DNA of 64,000 bases from Octopus bimaculoides (lineage: Eukaryota): NCBI RefSeq assembly GCF_001194135.2, contig NC_068994.1, positions 43,816,144 through 43,880,143 on the forward strand, given 5' to 3'. A model generated the notes under the pieces. The model searched no databases. It worked only from the letters and a program-made list of their open reading frames with translations, and had not been told where the DNA came from. Positions 1 through 12,460 of the stretch are shown piece by piece (position 1 is the first letter of the stretch; each line of letters opens with the position of its first letter). The translations under genes and the position numbers were made by a program.

Positions 1-492
1 TCTTTCATCCTTCTGGGGTCGATAAGTTGAGTACCAATAGAGTACTGAGGTCGATAAGTTGAGTACCAATGGAGTACTGAGGTCAATGTAATCGACTTAA
101 CTTCTCTTGCTCAAATTTCAGGCCTTGTTTCTGTAGTAGAAAGGATTATTATTTAGGGATATACCAATTTTACTGCCTCTTGTCAGGCAGTGAAAGTGAT
201 AAATCATTGATGGATTAGTAGTGTTTGCTTTCTGATGCTATGATATAATATCTTATTAAAAAAGAACTCCTGAAGCAGCATACATTACATCCAATCATGA
301 AAAAATATAAGCAAACAGAATATATATGTGTTATGTGTGTGTGACTGTGTTTGTACCTGTATATATGTGTATATATGTAAATATGGAAGGCGGACGTTAA
401 ACGATGGTGATGATGATAAAATGTATGTATATTTAGACAAATGTATATATACATATATGTGTATGTGTGTATGTATATGTATGTGACAATAT

Positions 493-524
<32 letters not shown>

Positions 525-575
525 TTAGACAAATGTATATATACATATATGTGTATGTGTGTATGTATATGTATG

Positions 576-999
576 NNNNNNNNNNNNNNNNNNNNNNNNN
601 NNNNNNNNNNNNNNNNNNNNNNNNNNNNNNNNNNNNNNNNNNNNNNNNNNNNNNNNNNNNNNNNNNNNNNNNNNNNNNNNNNNNNNNNNNNNNNNNNNNN
701 NNNNNNNNNNNNNNNNNNNNNNNNNNNNNNNNNNNNNNNNNNNNNNNNNNNNNNNNNNNNNNNNNNNNNNNNNNNNNNNNNNNNNNNNNNNNNNNNNNNN
801 NNNNNNNNNNNNNNNNNNNNNNNNNNNNNNNNNNNNNNNNNNNNNNNNNNNNNNNNNNNNNNNNNNNNNNNNNNNNNNNNNNNNNNNNNNNNNNNNNNNN
901 NNNNNNNNNNNNNNNNNNNNNNNNNNNNNNNNNNNNNNNNNNNNNNNNNNNNNNNNNNNNNNNNNNNNNNNNNNNNNNNNNNNNNNNNNNNNNNNNNNN
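576..999. other. Assembly gap; others at 7190-7383, 11310-11319, 15461-15893, 20155-20807, 35921-35930, 36990-37148, 43921-44641, 60986-61233
   Basis: N runs, mostly flanked by (TA)n or (TG)n. Small exons could be hidden in them. Confidence 0.99.
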
Positions 1000-1041
<42 letters not shown>

Positions 1042-1964
1042 CTTCTAAATGATGATATCTCTTTTTTGCCAATCATTTCTAACATAAGACACAATCCCCG
1101 AAATTTAGAGGATGGAGTATATAATCAATTAAATCCACTACAATACATGTTAAGCAATCTAGTTTATTCATCCTCAAAAGATGAAAGTTAAAAGGCAAAA
1201 GTTAATCTCAGACTGATTTGAACGCAGAACACAAAGAGTGAGAGCAAATAGAGGAGGAGGAATTTTATCCCTTGCTGTAACGTTCCTGTCTATCACTAAT
1301 GAATATAATGATAATGTTCTTTTCTACTCTAGGCACAAGGCCCAAAATGTTTTGGGAGGGGCCAGTCGATTAGATCAATCCCAGTATGCTATTGGTACTT
1401 AATTTATCGACCCTGAAAGGATGAAAGGCAAAGTGGACCTCAGCAGAATTTGAACTCAGAATGTAAAGAGAGACGAAATACCGCTAAGCATTTCACCTTG
1501 TGTGATAACGTTTCTGCCAGCTCACGGCCTTTGATAATAATAATGTTAATCCTAAATTTCTAGGAGAGGGTTTTCTTGATCACATTGTATGCAGTGCTCA
1601 GCTGGTACCTAATTTATCAACTCCAGAAGGATAAAAGATAAAGTCAACCTCAGCAGAATTTGAACTTGCCATGTAAAGCTAAGCACATCGTTTGGCATTC
1701 TAATGACTCTGCCAGCTTGTTGCCTTAATGATGAAACTAAATAATTCTTTCTCATTTTGGCACAAGGCCAGCAACTTTGAGTGGTGGAGAAGTTGATTTA
1801 TATCGATCCCGGTGCTCAGCTGGTACTTACTTTATCCAACCTAAAGGGATGAAAGGTTAAGTCAACCTTGGCAGAATTTGAACTCAGAGCATAAAGGCAG
1901 ACGAAATGTTGTAATGCATTTTGTACAGTTTGCTAAGAATTCTGCTAGCTTGCCACATTAATAA

Positions 1965-2139
<175 letters not shown>

Positions 2140-2144
2140 AATAA

Positions 2145-2339
2145 AGACAAATACATAACAAAAACACCAGGACTAACAAATATATATAACATAAAGAAAA
2201 TAGCACTACTAGGCACTGCACACATCCTACGTAAAACACTTTCAATACAGTAACCATAATATCACCACAACAAACCACAGCACATACCCAAGGCACGGTA
2301 GTGAAGTGAAAGCACGTTATAAAAATAAAACTACTGAAC
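2145..2339 (+). mobile_element. 3' end of the same Dong/R4-like family, in an (AAC)n/(AAT)n tract
   Basis: DKYITKTPGLTNIYNIKKIALLGTAHILRKTLSIQ* plus a 3' UTR nearly identical to 42870-43078, ending ACTACTGAAC(AAT)n. Confidence 0.9.
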
Positions 2340-2397
2340 AATAATAATAATAATAATGATGATGATGATAATGATAATAATAATAATAATAATAATG

Positions 2398-2660
2398 ATT
2401 GAGAAATATCAAGATCTAGCCAGAGCAATGAAGAGATCGTGAAAGACTAAGAGGACATTTATTCTTGTTGTAGTCAGGGCACCCAAACTGCTACCTAAGA
2501 GGCTGAAGGATATTGGAACCAAGACTTGTATTGTTGACCTGCTATTCTATAATCTGCAAGAAACCTAAGAAAGATCCTTGAGATTCAAGGAGACTTATTA
2601 CCACCAAACCTCAAGACAATATTCCTGTAAACTAATAATAAAACATGTAATAGTCATATA
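2398..2660 (+). mobile_element. Second, diverged R4-like RLE family 3' end
   Basis: IEKYQDLARAMKRS*KTKRTFILVVVRAPKLLPKRLKDIGTKTCIVDL resembles EKYQDL..E..R.W....IPVVVGALG..PK.L..IG. Flanked by TAA-type repeats. Confidence 0.65.
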
Positions 2661-3368
2661 TTATTATTAATAATAATAATAATAATAACAATACTAATAA
2701 GAATAATGATAATAATAATAATAACAACAATACTAATAAGAATAATGATAATAATAATAATAACAACAATACTAATAATAATAATGATAATAATAATAAG
2801 GATATACTCAGAGAGAAAGAAAGAGTAATTTCTATATTAACAATTATATTAAGAGTAATAATCCTTTCCACTGAAGGCACAAGGCCTGAAGATTAGGGGG
2901 CAGTAACTAGATGATTTCATCGATCCTCAATGTTTCACTGGTACTTAATTTATTGACCCCGAAAGGATGAAAGGCAGAGTCGACCTCAGCAGAATTTGAA
3001 CTCAGAATGTAGCAGCAGGTGAAATACCACTAAGCATTTCGCCCAGTGTGCTAATGATTCTGCCAGCTTACCGCATTATGTATATTAAGAGTAGTAATAA
3101 TAATAGTAATTATATATGTGAGTATGTGTTTATGAGTATGTGTATACAGGTATATCGATAAACACCAGATGTGATTCATACAAGTATTACTATCACCACT
3201 AAACAGATTAGCTGTCTGTCTCGTATGTTGAAGGAAATCAATAATATATATATTTTTAAAGAACTTTTTAAAGAACTTTCAGCAGGTTTTCTTCTGGTTC
3301 ATGACTGATGCATTATAATCTCTTGTTCAGAAAGCCATGAATGATTAATGAAAATCTCTAAGACTCAC

Positions 3369-3519
3369 CAGGAATTTCTTCATAAGGACTCATATCCTTT
3401 TTATTCTGACTGCTATTTTGCAGTTTATGAGGAGATACATTGCTGCCATAGTGATCAGGAGTTGCAATGAACCTTCTTTCATGTCTTCCAGATGTCATTC
3501 CAACTTCTTGAATACAAGC
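3369..3519 (-). CDS. Pcdh: Candidate downstream cytoplasmic exon of the protocadherin (151 nt, phase 0 to phase 1): ACIQEVGMTSGRHERRFIATPDHYGSNVSPHKLQNSSQNKKDMSPYEEIP
   Basis: Acceptor tgatatctgtcttcttag|G at 3520|3519 and donor CCTG|GTGAGT at 3369|3368. Only phase 0 is open (the other two frames stop early), matching the phase-0 donor at 53328. It lies in non-repetitive sequence. Too short for the ORF track. Confidence 0.75.
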
Positions 3520-4554
3520 CTAAGAAGACAGATATCAAACATGTAGCTTTTTTACAATTGAAATATATTCATAAATAGCTAAGGTATGTATTTGTATTCT
3601 TAGGTGTGCTTGGTGCACATCACACACCCACAAATGTCATGAAATGATTGATGATTTAATAAATTTGTTGTAAGTAAATTACATATTTGCAATTTATTAC
3701 AACTTTTGCATAATGTTTAGAAAGATGCTATTCATAATCCATGAATAGATGCTAATATTTATTGAAATCTCCTGCATTATATATAATATAATATAATATA
3801 ATATAACATAATATAATTTGCTGTCATTACCAGAAGTACCATAGTTTCATGGTAAACTCTCACAGTGTGCTTAATCTCCATTGTGAGATCAATTCCTGGT
3901 TGAGCCACTCCCTTTCAAGTACTCTGCAATTTCTTATCGTGATCAATAGCTTGGAAAGGTTAAAACATGATATGATGTTTTTATAAATACATTTGAGAAT
4001 ACCACTACATAATGTTCATCACACCCAGTTTAGTTCCCAAGGTACAGAATATTAGTTATAATCATGGAATTAGGAACTCACAGCCAGGCATGCTTTTTCT
4101 AAGATCATTGGTAAAGTGAATGAAATAGCAATGACTTGTAATTGAATCTACAACTTTTACCACCACCACTCTGGAAGCAGCATTTGAATTACTTGAATGG
4201 TAAATTGCTAGTTTATCACTTTAGTTAAATACCCTTATCACCTAATATTTTTGTATAATAGTGACCTTAAGTTTTGACTTCGAACAATGATAGAAACCTC
4301 TTATATTTGAAGGGTGCATTGGTTTAAATGTAATCTAATATGGTTCATTAAAAAGTTTTATCAAATATATGAAAAAAAAAAAAAAACGAAAATATATTTA
4401 TTGTGAAAATGTAATTACAAATACTTTTAAAGTAAGACACAAAAAATGTAAACCAATAGGTTTATACACACACATAAACACACATAATGAATAATATAAT
4501 ACAAAAATATTTCTACTATAGACTCAGGGCCTGAAATAAATATACTACAATAAA

Positions 4555-4866
4555 GGTAATGACCCTTTTTAGTTATGAATGACCATGGCACAAGTCTGGA
4601 CAAGGTTGTTTATGGAAAACCAACAGTCACCCATACAGACCAGCCTCTCCTCTTTATGCCACTGATGTTACCCAAGGGAAAGGCAAAGGCCAATACAGCT
4701 TGGCACTCGTGATGTCTCAACTCATTTCTACAGATCAGTGAACTGGAGCAACATGAAATAAAGTGTCCTTGCTCAAGAACATAACACACAGCCTGGTCTG
4801 AGAATTGAACTCACTACTTCATGATTGTGAGCTTGACACTCTTACCACTGAGCCATGTGCCTTCAC
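4555..4866 (-). mobile_element. tRNA-derived SINE (family D)
   Basis: Head GTGAAGGCACATGGCTCAGTGGTAAGAG..GAGTTCAATTC, then TTCTTGAGCAAGGACACTTTATTTC. Related pieces at 5205-5400(+), 17860-17975(-), 56530-56780(-); a chimeric SINE at 23290-23640. Confidence 0.75.
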
Positions 4867-5894
4867 TATCATTAACAAAAATGTTAACCTAATGCAAAAT
4901 TCCAAGTCCTTCTGGAAGGCTATACATAAGGGTGGTCTGAATGACTGCACATGGCTATAGGGTCACAGATTGACTTCACCTACCCCCTAGAATCAGACTA
5001 AGGATACAGAAATATTTTATTGAAATCTTGTCTTTTAATGCCTTTTGTCTGCACAGTTTTGGCAATATTGTGACAGTAAAATAGTTGTTCCTGTCACATC
5101 AAGGTTCAGCTACAATTAAGAAATTCACAGTGGGAGAACAAACAGGATATATTTATTTGGAATAAGAAAGAACATATAAAAATACACAATATTTACTGAT
5201 ATGGAGGTATGAAAGTGAATGTACATGGCCTAGTGATTAAGGTGTTGCACTTATGATTGCCTGATTTTGGTTTCAATTCCCAGGCTGGCAGTGCATTGTA
5301 TTCAAGAACGAAACACTTCATTTCGTGTTGCTTAGGTCCACTTAGCTGTAAGTGAATAACCCTCTGAGTCCAAGAGTCCAAGACAGTAATGTCCAGGGTA
5401 TGTTGCTGCTGCTAGTGTTGCTGTTGTTGTTGTTGATGATGATGATGATGATGAAGGTGCTAGAATCAATTGCAGAATATTGAGTAGAAGTACAAGCATG
5501 GCAATGTGTTCAAAAAGTTCACAACTAGGGCGACTTCAAGTGTGATTCCAGTGTGACTCTTTGGGCAAATGGTTTCTGAGTAAAGTTTCATAAGTGAAAT
5601 TTAGTTGGCAGAAAATAAACTCTGTGGATGATCATATTTTTGATTGTTGCTATTCTTGGGCAATAGAATTAATCCATGATCCACTTTTAACACCACCCAA
5701 CCACTACCGCCACCTGGATCTCAGATACCTTCTGCAGAGTTCACTCTGTTGCAAACATTCAGGTCAGGTCTCCAACTTAAGGATAACTTCCACTATTCCT
5801 TCCACAACTGTAAGAGGTCCTGAAAAGAGTAATGGAGGCACCATTCCTCCTCTGACTAAACCATAAGAAAACAAGTAAAAAGATTAAAAAGAAA

Positions 5895-6450
5895 TCACAT
5901 CCTTCGCTTGCAAAGACCTGTTGAGGCAAGTGAAATCAAAATCGAACTAAATTCGACGACTGGCACCCATGCCAACGTCGTCTCCTTCACTGGACAAGAA
6001 ACTCGGCTTGCGAAGACCTGTTGGGGCAACTGGACATGAAACTCAGCTTGCAAAGACCTGTTGGGCAAGCAAAAGTGAAATCGTGATGGTACCTGTGCCC
6101 AGCGTCGCCTTCCTGGCACTTGTGTCGGTGGCATGTGTAAAGACATTTGAGTGAGATCGTTGCCAGTGCCGCCAGACTGGCTCCTGTGCAGGTGGCACAT
6201 AAAATACACCATTTTGAGCATGGCCATTGCCAGTACCGTCTGACTGGCCTTTGTGCCGGTGGCACGTAAAAGCACCCACTACACTCTCGGAGTGGTTCAC
6301 GTTAGGAAGGGCATCCAGCTGTAGAAACTCTGCCAAATCAGATTGGAGCCTGGTGTAGCCATCTGGTTCACCAGTCCTCAGTCAAATCGTCCAACCCATG
6401 CTAGCATGGAAAGCAAACGTTAAACGATGATGATAATGATGATGATGATA
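5895..6450 (+). mobile_element. RTE-associated repeat / SINE 3' region with internal tandem modules and an (ATG)n tail
   Basis: Repeated modules ..GGTGGCAC(G/A)TAAAA(G/T)CACC.., then GTTAGGAAGGGCATCCAGCTGTAGAAACTCTGCC..CCCATGCTAGCATGGAAAGC..GTTAAACGATGATGA. Other copies: 9485-9900(-), 7750-7870, 37325-37495, 40005-40110, 61234-61440, 63360-63600 (approximate). Confidence 0.8.
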
Positions 6451-7420
6451 ACTGATATCCATTTACATTACTTGAATCTTCTTGATTATTTCTATATAGT
6501 TTATAAACAAAGAAAAGTCATGCTCTGTGTCTGTAACACTAGACAGACATTTCATAAAACCAAACCCACTTTAGACAACCTTCAGTTCTAAAGTAAAAAT
6601 TTACTGTCTTAAAGTGTTATAAATCTAAACTTTCCATCAAAATTTCATGTTAATCTATCTTCCAAATACCAGATTAATAATGCCAAAGTTATTTTACTAA
6701 ACTTCTCATTACTTTAAAATGTAACTGAAACAACAACAATGTATTTCAACAGAAATATGGTAACAAAAGTGTTTTCTGGTTCAGTACTCATAAGTCACAT
6801 GTTGTTGCTGTTTTTGTTGGTGTCGGTGGTCCTATTGATTTTTAGCACTAATTCACCTTAACCTCATTAAAACACAGTAACATACCATTTCTTCCTTTTT
6901 TTTTTTGTTCTTCTAGGAGGGGGTCAGCAAAGAAGCCAAAATATCCTAAGATATAACAGCCTACTGTTTTAAAAGGAATGATTCATTGGAAACTAAAAGA
7001 TAAGATAGTTTGTGACAAGAATGCTTTTGATCACAGGTCTTATTCAAGATTGAACTGGGGCCAAACTACAACAGCAAGTAAAAAGTTACCTTTGGCTAAA
7101 TGCATATTCTTTGATCTATTAGCAACTAATGTCAAACTTATTTCTGGCTATATAAACCTATTAATTCTTCATTACAGTCTGACGTGCCANNNNNNNNNNN
7201 NNNNNNNNNNNNNNNNNNNNNNNNNNNNNNNNNNNNNNNNNNNNNNNNNNNNNNNNNNNNNNNNNNNNNNNNNNNNNNNNNNNNNNNNNNNNNNNNNNNN
7301 NNNNNNNNNNNNNNNNNNNNNNNNNNNNNNNNNNNNNNNNNNNNNNNNNNNNNNNNNNNNNNNNNNNNNNNNNNNNNNNNNNNATATATATATATATATA
7401 TATTTACACATATATATGTG

Positions 7421-7465
<45 letters not shown>

Positions 7466-9484
7466 CTAGCTAGCTAGCCACTACACATTCTTTATTTTCT
7501 CTCTTTGTTTCTTTCTGTGTTCCTTTCTGTGGGAGAGCATAGGCTCAAAATGTTAAAGACTTTTTCACTTCCCCAAGCGTTAAACTAATACATCTGCTTG
7601 TTGTCTACACCACCTGTCTTTGTTTTTTGTTCTTTTGTGAATTCTCCCCCTATATACACATATATATGTATATATACATACATATATATGTATATATACA
7701 TAAGCACTATTCATGTGCGAGTCGCTGCCAGTGCTGCCTGACTGGCTCCCCATGCTGGTGGCACATAAAAAGCACCATCCAAATGTGGTTGATGCCAGAC
7801 TCCCCTCCCCCGCCCCAACTGGCTCCCCTGCCGGTGGCACGTAAAAAGCACCCACTGCACTCTCATAGACACATACATGCATATATATATATCTATGATG
7901 GGCTTCTTTCAGTTTCTGTCTACCAATCACAAGGCTTTAGTTGGCCTGAGGCTATAGTGGATGACACTTGCTCAAGGTGCCACACAGTGAGACCAAACCT
8001 AGAACCACGTGGTTGGGAAGCAAGCTTCTTACCGCACAGCCACACCTGCACCTATATGGTCACAATATTTTACTTCTTTTTTTATTGCTTGGTTGGAGGA
8101 GAAAAAAAATGGTACCCACTGTCCCTGCCCCCACTTTTCTTCTTTTCATTGGAACCTCTGAGTTTCTGAGGAAGAGAGGAAGTCAGGTTCAGACTGGTGA
8201 CCTTAACTGAATTGATTGAGTATAAGCTTGTATGATCAACACTGAAAGGGATGGGAAGTAAAAAAAAAACAATAGCAACAATAACAACAACAACAACAGC
8301 AACAACATTTACAGTCAGCATGCATATGAAGTACAAATCTCAGTTAACATAATCCCCATTAAAATTCTTCTTTCTCACTGAATCTTTAAAAACATAAAAG
8401 AGCTACCATCTTATTACCACCAACATCACCCTCATCATCATCATCATCATCATCATCACCCTCATCATCATCATCATCATCATCATCATCACCTTCATCA
8501 TCACTACCACCACCACTACCACCACCACCACCACTATCATCATCATTGAGGTCGTCATTGTCATCGTCCGTCACCCTCATCACCATCACCACCACCACCA
8601 CCATCACCATCATCATCATTAAGAATCACTATTAAAATAAAGGAAATACACATAAATTCCAGGAAGCAGAAATCCATTCCCTGATAGCAAGTTTGCCAAC
8701 AAAAATAGTCTTGATGAAAAACACCCACTTCATTAGAAAGAGAATGAAACAGTATATTCTAAGCTTCCTAATTGTATTACAATTTGCTCATTTGTAAGGA
8801 AACTTCCAGAAAGTTTATGAATACTACTAAATTGGAAGTGTAAAAATATCAAGTGCTATATCATCAGACTTAAACAACATCAGAAAAATTCATCTGCTTA
8901 CTCAATGCAGAAATCAAAAAGTTTCTACAAAAATGACTAATGAAACAGAATAATTTTCCAAACATACTTCAGATATAAGGCATTCCTCTTCATTATGACA
9001 TTATTTGGAAAATATTGTTGGGACTTTCCAACAGTTATCAAATATACTAAATATTTTAATTGAAATACAGATATTAAAAGAAAAAAAATTTTTTTTCAAC
9101 ATGATGGAAAATAGAGATTTACCATTGTAAATTTTAATTTCTTTCTGCTTATTGATTGACCATGAGTCTACAGTGTCCTGCTGTTGTTGTTATTGTTGTT
9201 TTTATTGTTGTTGTTGTTGTTGTTTCTATTACTGTTGTTGCTGATGTTTTCACTAGTTGTGGCATTATTATTTTACATGAATAAACACAATGGTTAATGC
9301 CACTAAATTCTTTTACAGTAATTATGGTTGAGAGGTAGAAACTTACATAGGAAGACAATAGATCATATTAGACATGAATTTCAAAGAAGTTTTATGTATC
9401 TATATATAGCAGGGCTTGGCTCATCAGCTCCTGACTCACCAGCTCTGGTCAAACTGTCCAGCCCATAGATAATGATAATTATCA

Positions 9485-9900
9485 TCATCATCATCATCAT
9501 CATCATCGTTTAACGTTTGCTTTCTATGCTAGCATGGATTGGACGATTTGACTGAGGACTGGTAAACCAGATGGCTACACCAGGCTCCAATCTGATTTGG
9601 CAGAGTTTCTACAGCTGGATACCCTTCCTAACGCCAACCACTCCAAGAGTGTAGTGGGTGCTTTTACGTGCCACCGGCACGAAGGCCAGTCAAGTGGTAC
9701 TGGCAACGGCCATGCTCAAAATGGTGTATTTTATGTGCCACCTGCACAGGAGCCAGTCCAGCGGAATTGGCAACGGTCTCGCTCGAATGTTTTTACACAT
9801 GCCACCGGCACAAGTCTCAGGAAGGCGACGCTGGGAACAGGTGCCATCCCAATTTTGCTTTCGCTTGCCCCATCAGGTCTTCGCAAGCCGAGTTTCGTGT
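9485..9900 (-). mobile_element. Second long copy of the RTE-associated repeat, inverted relative to 5895-6450
   Basis: Reverse complement of most of 5990-6440. Confidence 0.85.
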
Positions 9901-11321
9901 GTATAATATATATATAGACCAATATAGACCAATAGAATAAGTGCCATGTTTAACAAGAATTAAGTATTGGGGTCAATTCATTTGACTAAAAATTCTTCAA
10001 GGCAGTGCCCCAACATGGCCACAGTCTAATCACAAAAACAAGAAAAAGGTAAAAGATATATATATTAGTATTTGATAACAGTTTGATTCATCTTGATGCA
10101 ACTTAAAGTTTCATAATTTGGGCATGCAAATATAACTCTTCAGACCCAATTACCTGAGCCTGGAAAGCTAGGCTCTTGTGGTGAGTTCTACGAAACTTTA
10201 AGCTACATGGAGTTGAATCAATCTGTTATTAGATAATAATATATGTAGTTCCACCAAATATTTTGAGTGCCTTTCTTTCATTTGTCCACTCAATCAAATA
10301 TATACACACGTTTATGTGTGTGTATGTATTCTATTATTCTTTTAATCTTTTGTTTCTTTCAGTCATTTGACTGCAGCCATGCTGGAGCACCGCCTTTAGT
10401 CAAACAAACTGATCCCAGGGCTTATTCTCTGTAAGCCTTGTACTTATTCTATCGGTCTCTTTTGCCAAACTGCTATGTTACAGGGATGTAAACACACCAA
10501 CACCGGTTGTCAAGCAATGGTGAGGGAACAAACACAGACACAAAAACGTACACTCATGAACACACCCACACACACACACACACACACACATATAAACGAC
10601 AGGCTTCTTTCAGTTTCCACCTAGCAAATCCACTGACAAGGCTTTGGTCGGTCCAAGGCTATAGTAGAAGACACTTGCCCAAGGTGCCACACAGTGGGAC
10701 TGAAGCTGGAACCATGTGGTTGATGAACAAGCTACGTACCACACAGCCACTCACACAAACACATAGAGCACATACATACACATATATATATATATATGTA
10801 CACATTGTACTCCAATAATTTTGGGTTTCTAACTGGTTTTGGATACGATAACTGTTCACAGTGGAAATACCACAAATAATTCACTGAGCTGTAGAATGAT
10901 TTGTGGATAGAAGCCAATGTATTTCTTTTGTTGCCATTTGCAGAGAGAAATTAGGAGAGTAGCTAGTAGGATGTTGTCCATTGTTCTATAAAAATATTTG
11001 TGTACATACATGCATGTGTATTTATGTATGTATTCATCATTTTTTTTTTTTTTTTCTAATCTGTCTTTGAGAGGTAGAGACAATATTGTAATTAGGATTA
11101 GCTTTAGAATTTAGGACTAAAGAAGAAAGATGTTATTTTTTGAAGTTTATTTAAAGCTTACCAGCATGAGTTTCCACCATGTAGTTAATCCTTAGATAAA
11201 CTTATAACGTAGAAAAAAAAAAATCTATAATTTCAATGCTAATACTTATTACAGTATTCTCTCTACCTCACAAAAATAGAAAATGAGTAAAATAAACTCG
11301 CAAAAGCATNNNNNNNNNNTA

Positions 11322-11364
<43 letters not shown>

Positions 11365-11406
11365 TATATATATATATACATGCATGCATACATACATACA
11401 TACATG

Positions 11407-11439
<33 letters not shown>

Positions 11440-11695
11440 TATATATATATATATACATGCATGCATACATACATACATACATGTATATATATATATACAT
11501 ATGTTATATGCATGCAATTACTCTAGAGAACAATGAAATGCATGCTACCTGCAGCAGAGATGGAACTGAGCTGGAATAATAAACATCACCCACAATTCGA
11601 TTTTATGCATGCATATATATATATACATATACGTGTGTGTGTGTGAGTCAGGCGTATACATAAAGCATGCATAATTTATAATATGGAAATGCATA

Positions 11696-12115
11696 GGCGT
11701 AGGAGTGGCTGTGTGGTAAGTAGCTTGCTTACCAACCACATGGTTCCGGGTTCAGTCCCACTGAGTGGCACCTTGGGCAAGTGTCTTCTACTATAGCCTT
11801 GGGCCGACGAAAGCCTTGTGAGTGGATTTGGTGGACGGAAACTGAAAGAAGCCTGTCGTATATATGTATATATATATATTTGTGTGTGTGTGTATGTATA
11901 TTTGTGTGTCTGTGTTTATCACCCCAACATCGCTTGACAACCAATGCTTGTGTGTTTACATCCCCGTAACTTAGCGGTTTGGCAAAAGTGACCGATAGAA
12001 TAAGTACTAGGCTTACAAAAAATAAGTCCTGGAGTCGATTTGCTCAACTAAAGGCGGTGCTCCCAGCATGGCCGCAGTCAAATGACTGAAACAAGTAAAA
12101 GAGATAAAAGAGATA
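11696..12115 (+). mobile_element. Full-length tRNA-derived CORE-type SINE (family B) with an internal (TA/TG)n tract
   Basis: A/B-box-like head GGAGTGGCTGTGTGGTAAG..GGTTCAGTCCC, CORE-like CACCTTGGGCAAGTGTCTT, tail GACTGAAACAAGTAAAAGAG. About 20 copies or fragments in the window, e.g. 10340-10750(-), 13240-13632(-), 34190-34605(-), 41350-41770(+), 41787-42120(+), 47545-47940(-), 51365-51800(+), 59175-59620(+). Confidence 0.9.
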
Positions 12116-12460
12116 TACATATATATATGTATATATATACACATATATATACATATATATATACATAAAAACTACCTTTCTTTCCTTCTCTGAGCATCTG
12201 CTAATACTTTGCATGTACCATGTCCTCGGGTTGTAATTTTTTTTTCTTGTGTGTGTTCTTAATTTTTTTTTGATTTACTATTTACTGCATGCTCACACGG
12301 ACCCCCAGCCTTCCAGCTGACTTTGGAGTACCTAATTCGCGGGATTCTTTTTACCATCAGATTACATTACTTTGTTCATTCGGAACATGTATGTGTGTAT
12401 GTATGTATATTTATATGTATAGATATAGATATAATACATATATGTATTTGTATCTCTTTC

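Noticed and set aside
3283-3319. Third exon DYNASVMNQKKTC* via an acceptor at 3320
   Set aside because: Needs a 49-nt intron with a poor polypyrimidine tract; not supportable without reads.
10160-10205. Hammerhead-like GTGGTGAGTTCTACGAAAC
   Set aside because: The CUGANGA box is not intact and no stem I or NUH triplet could be assigned.
11696-11770. tRNA genes
   Set aside because: The A/B-box-like heads are SINE 5' ends continuing into SINE bodies; no cloverleaf with an acceptor stem and discriminator found.
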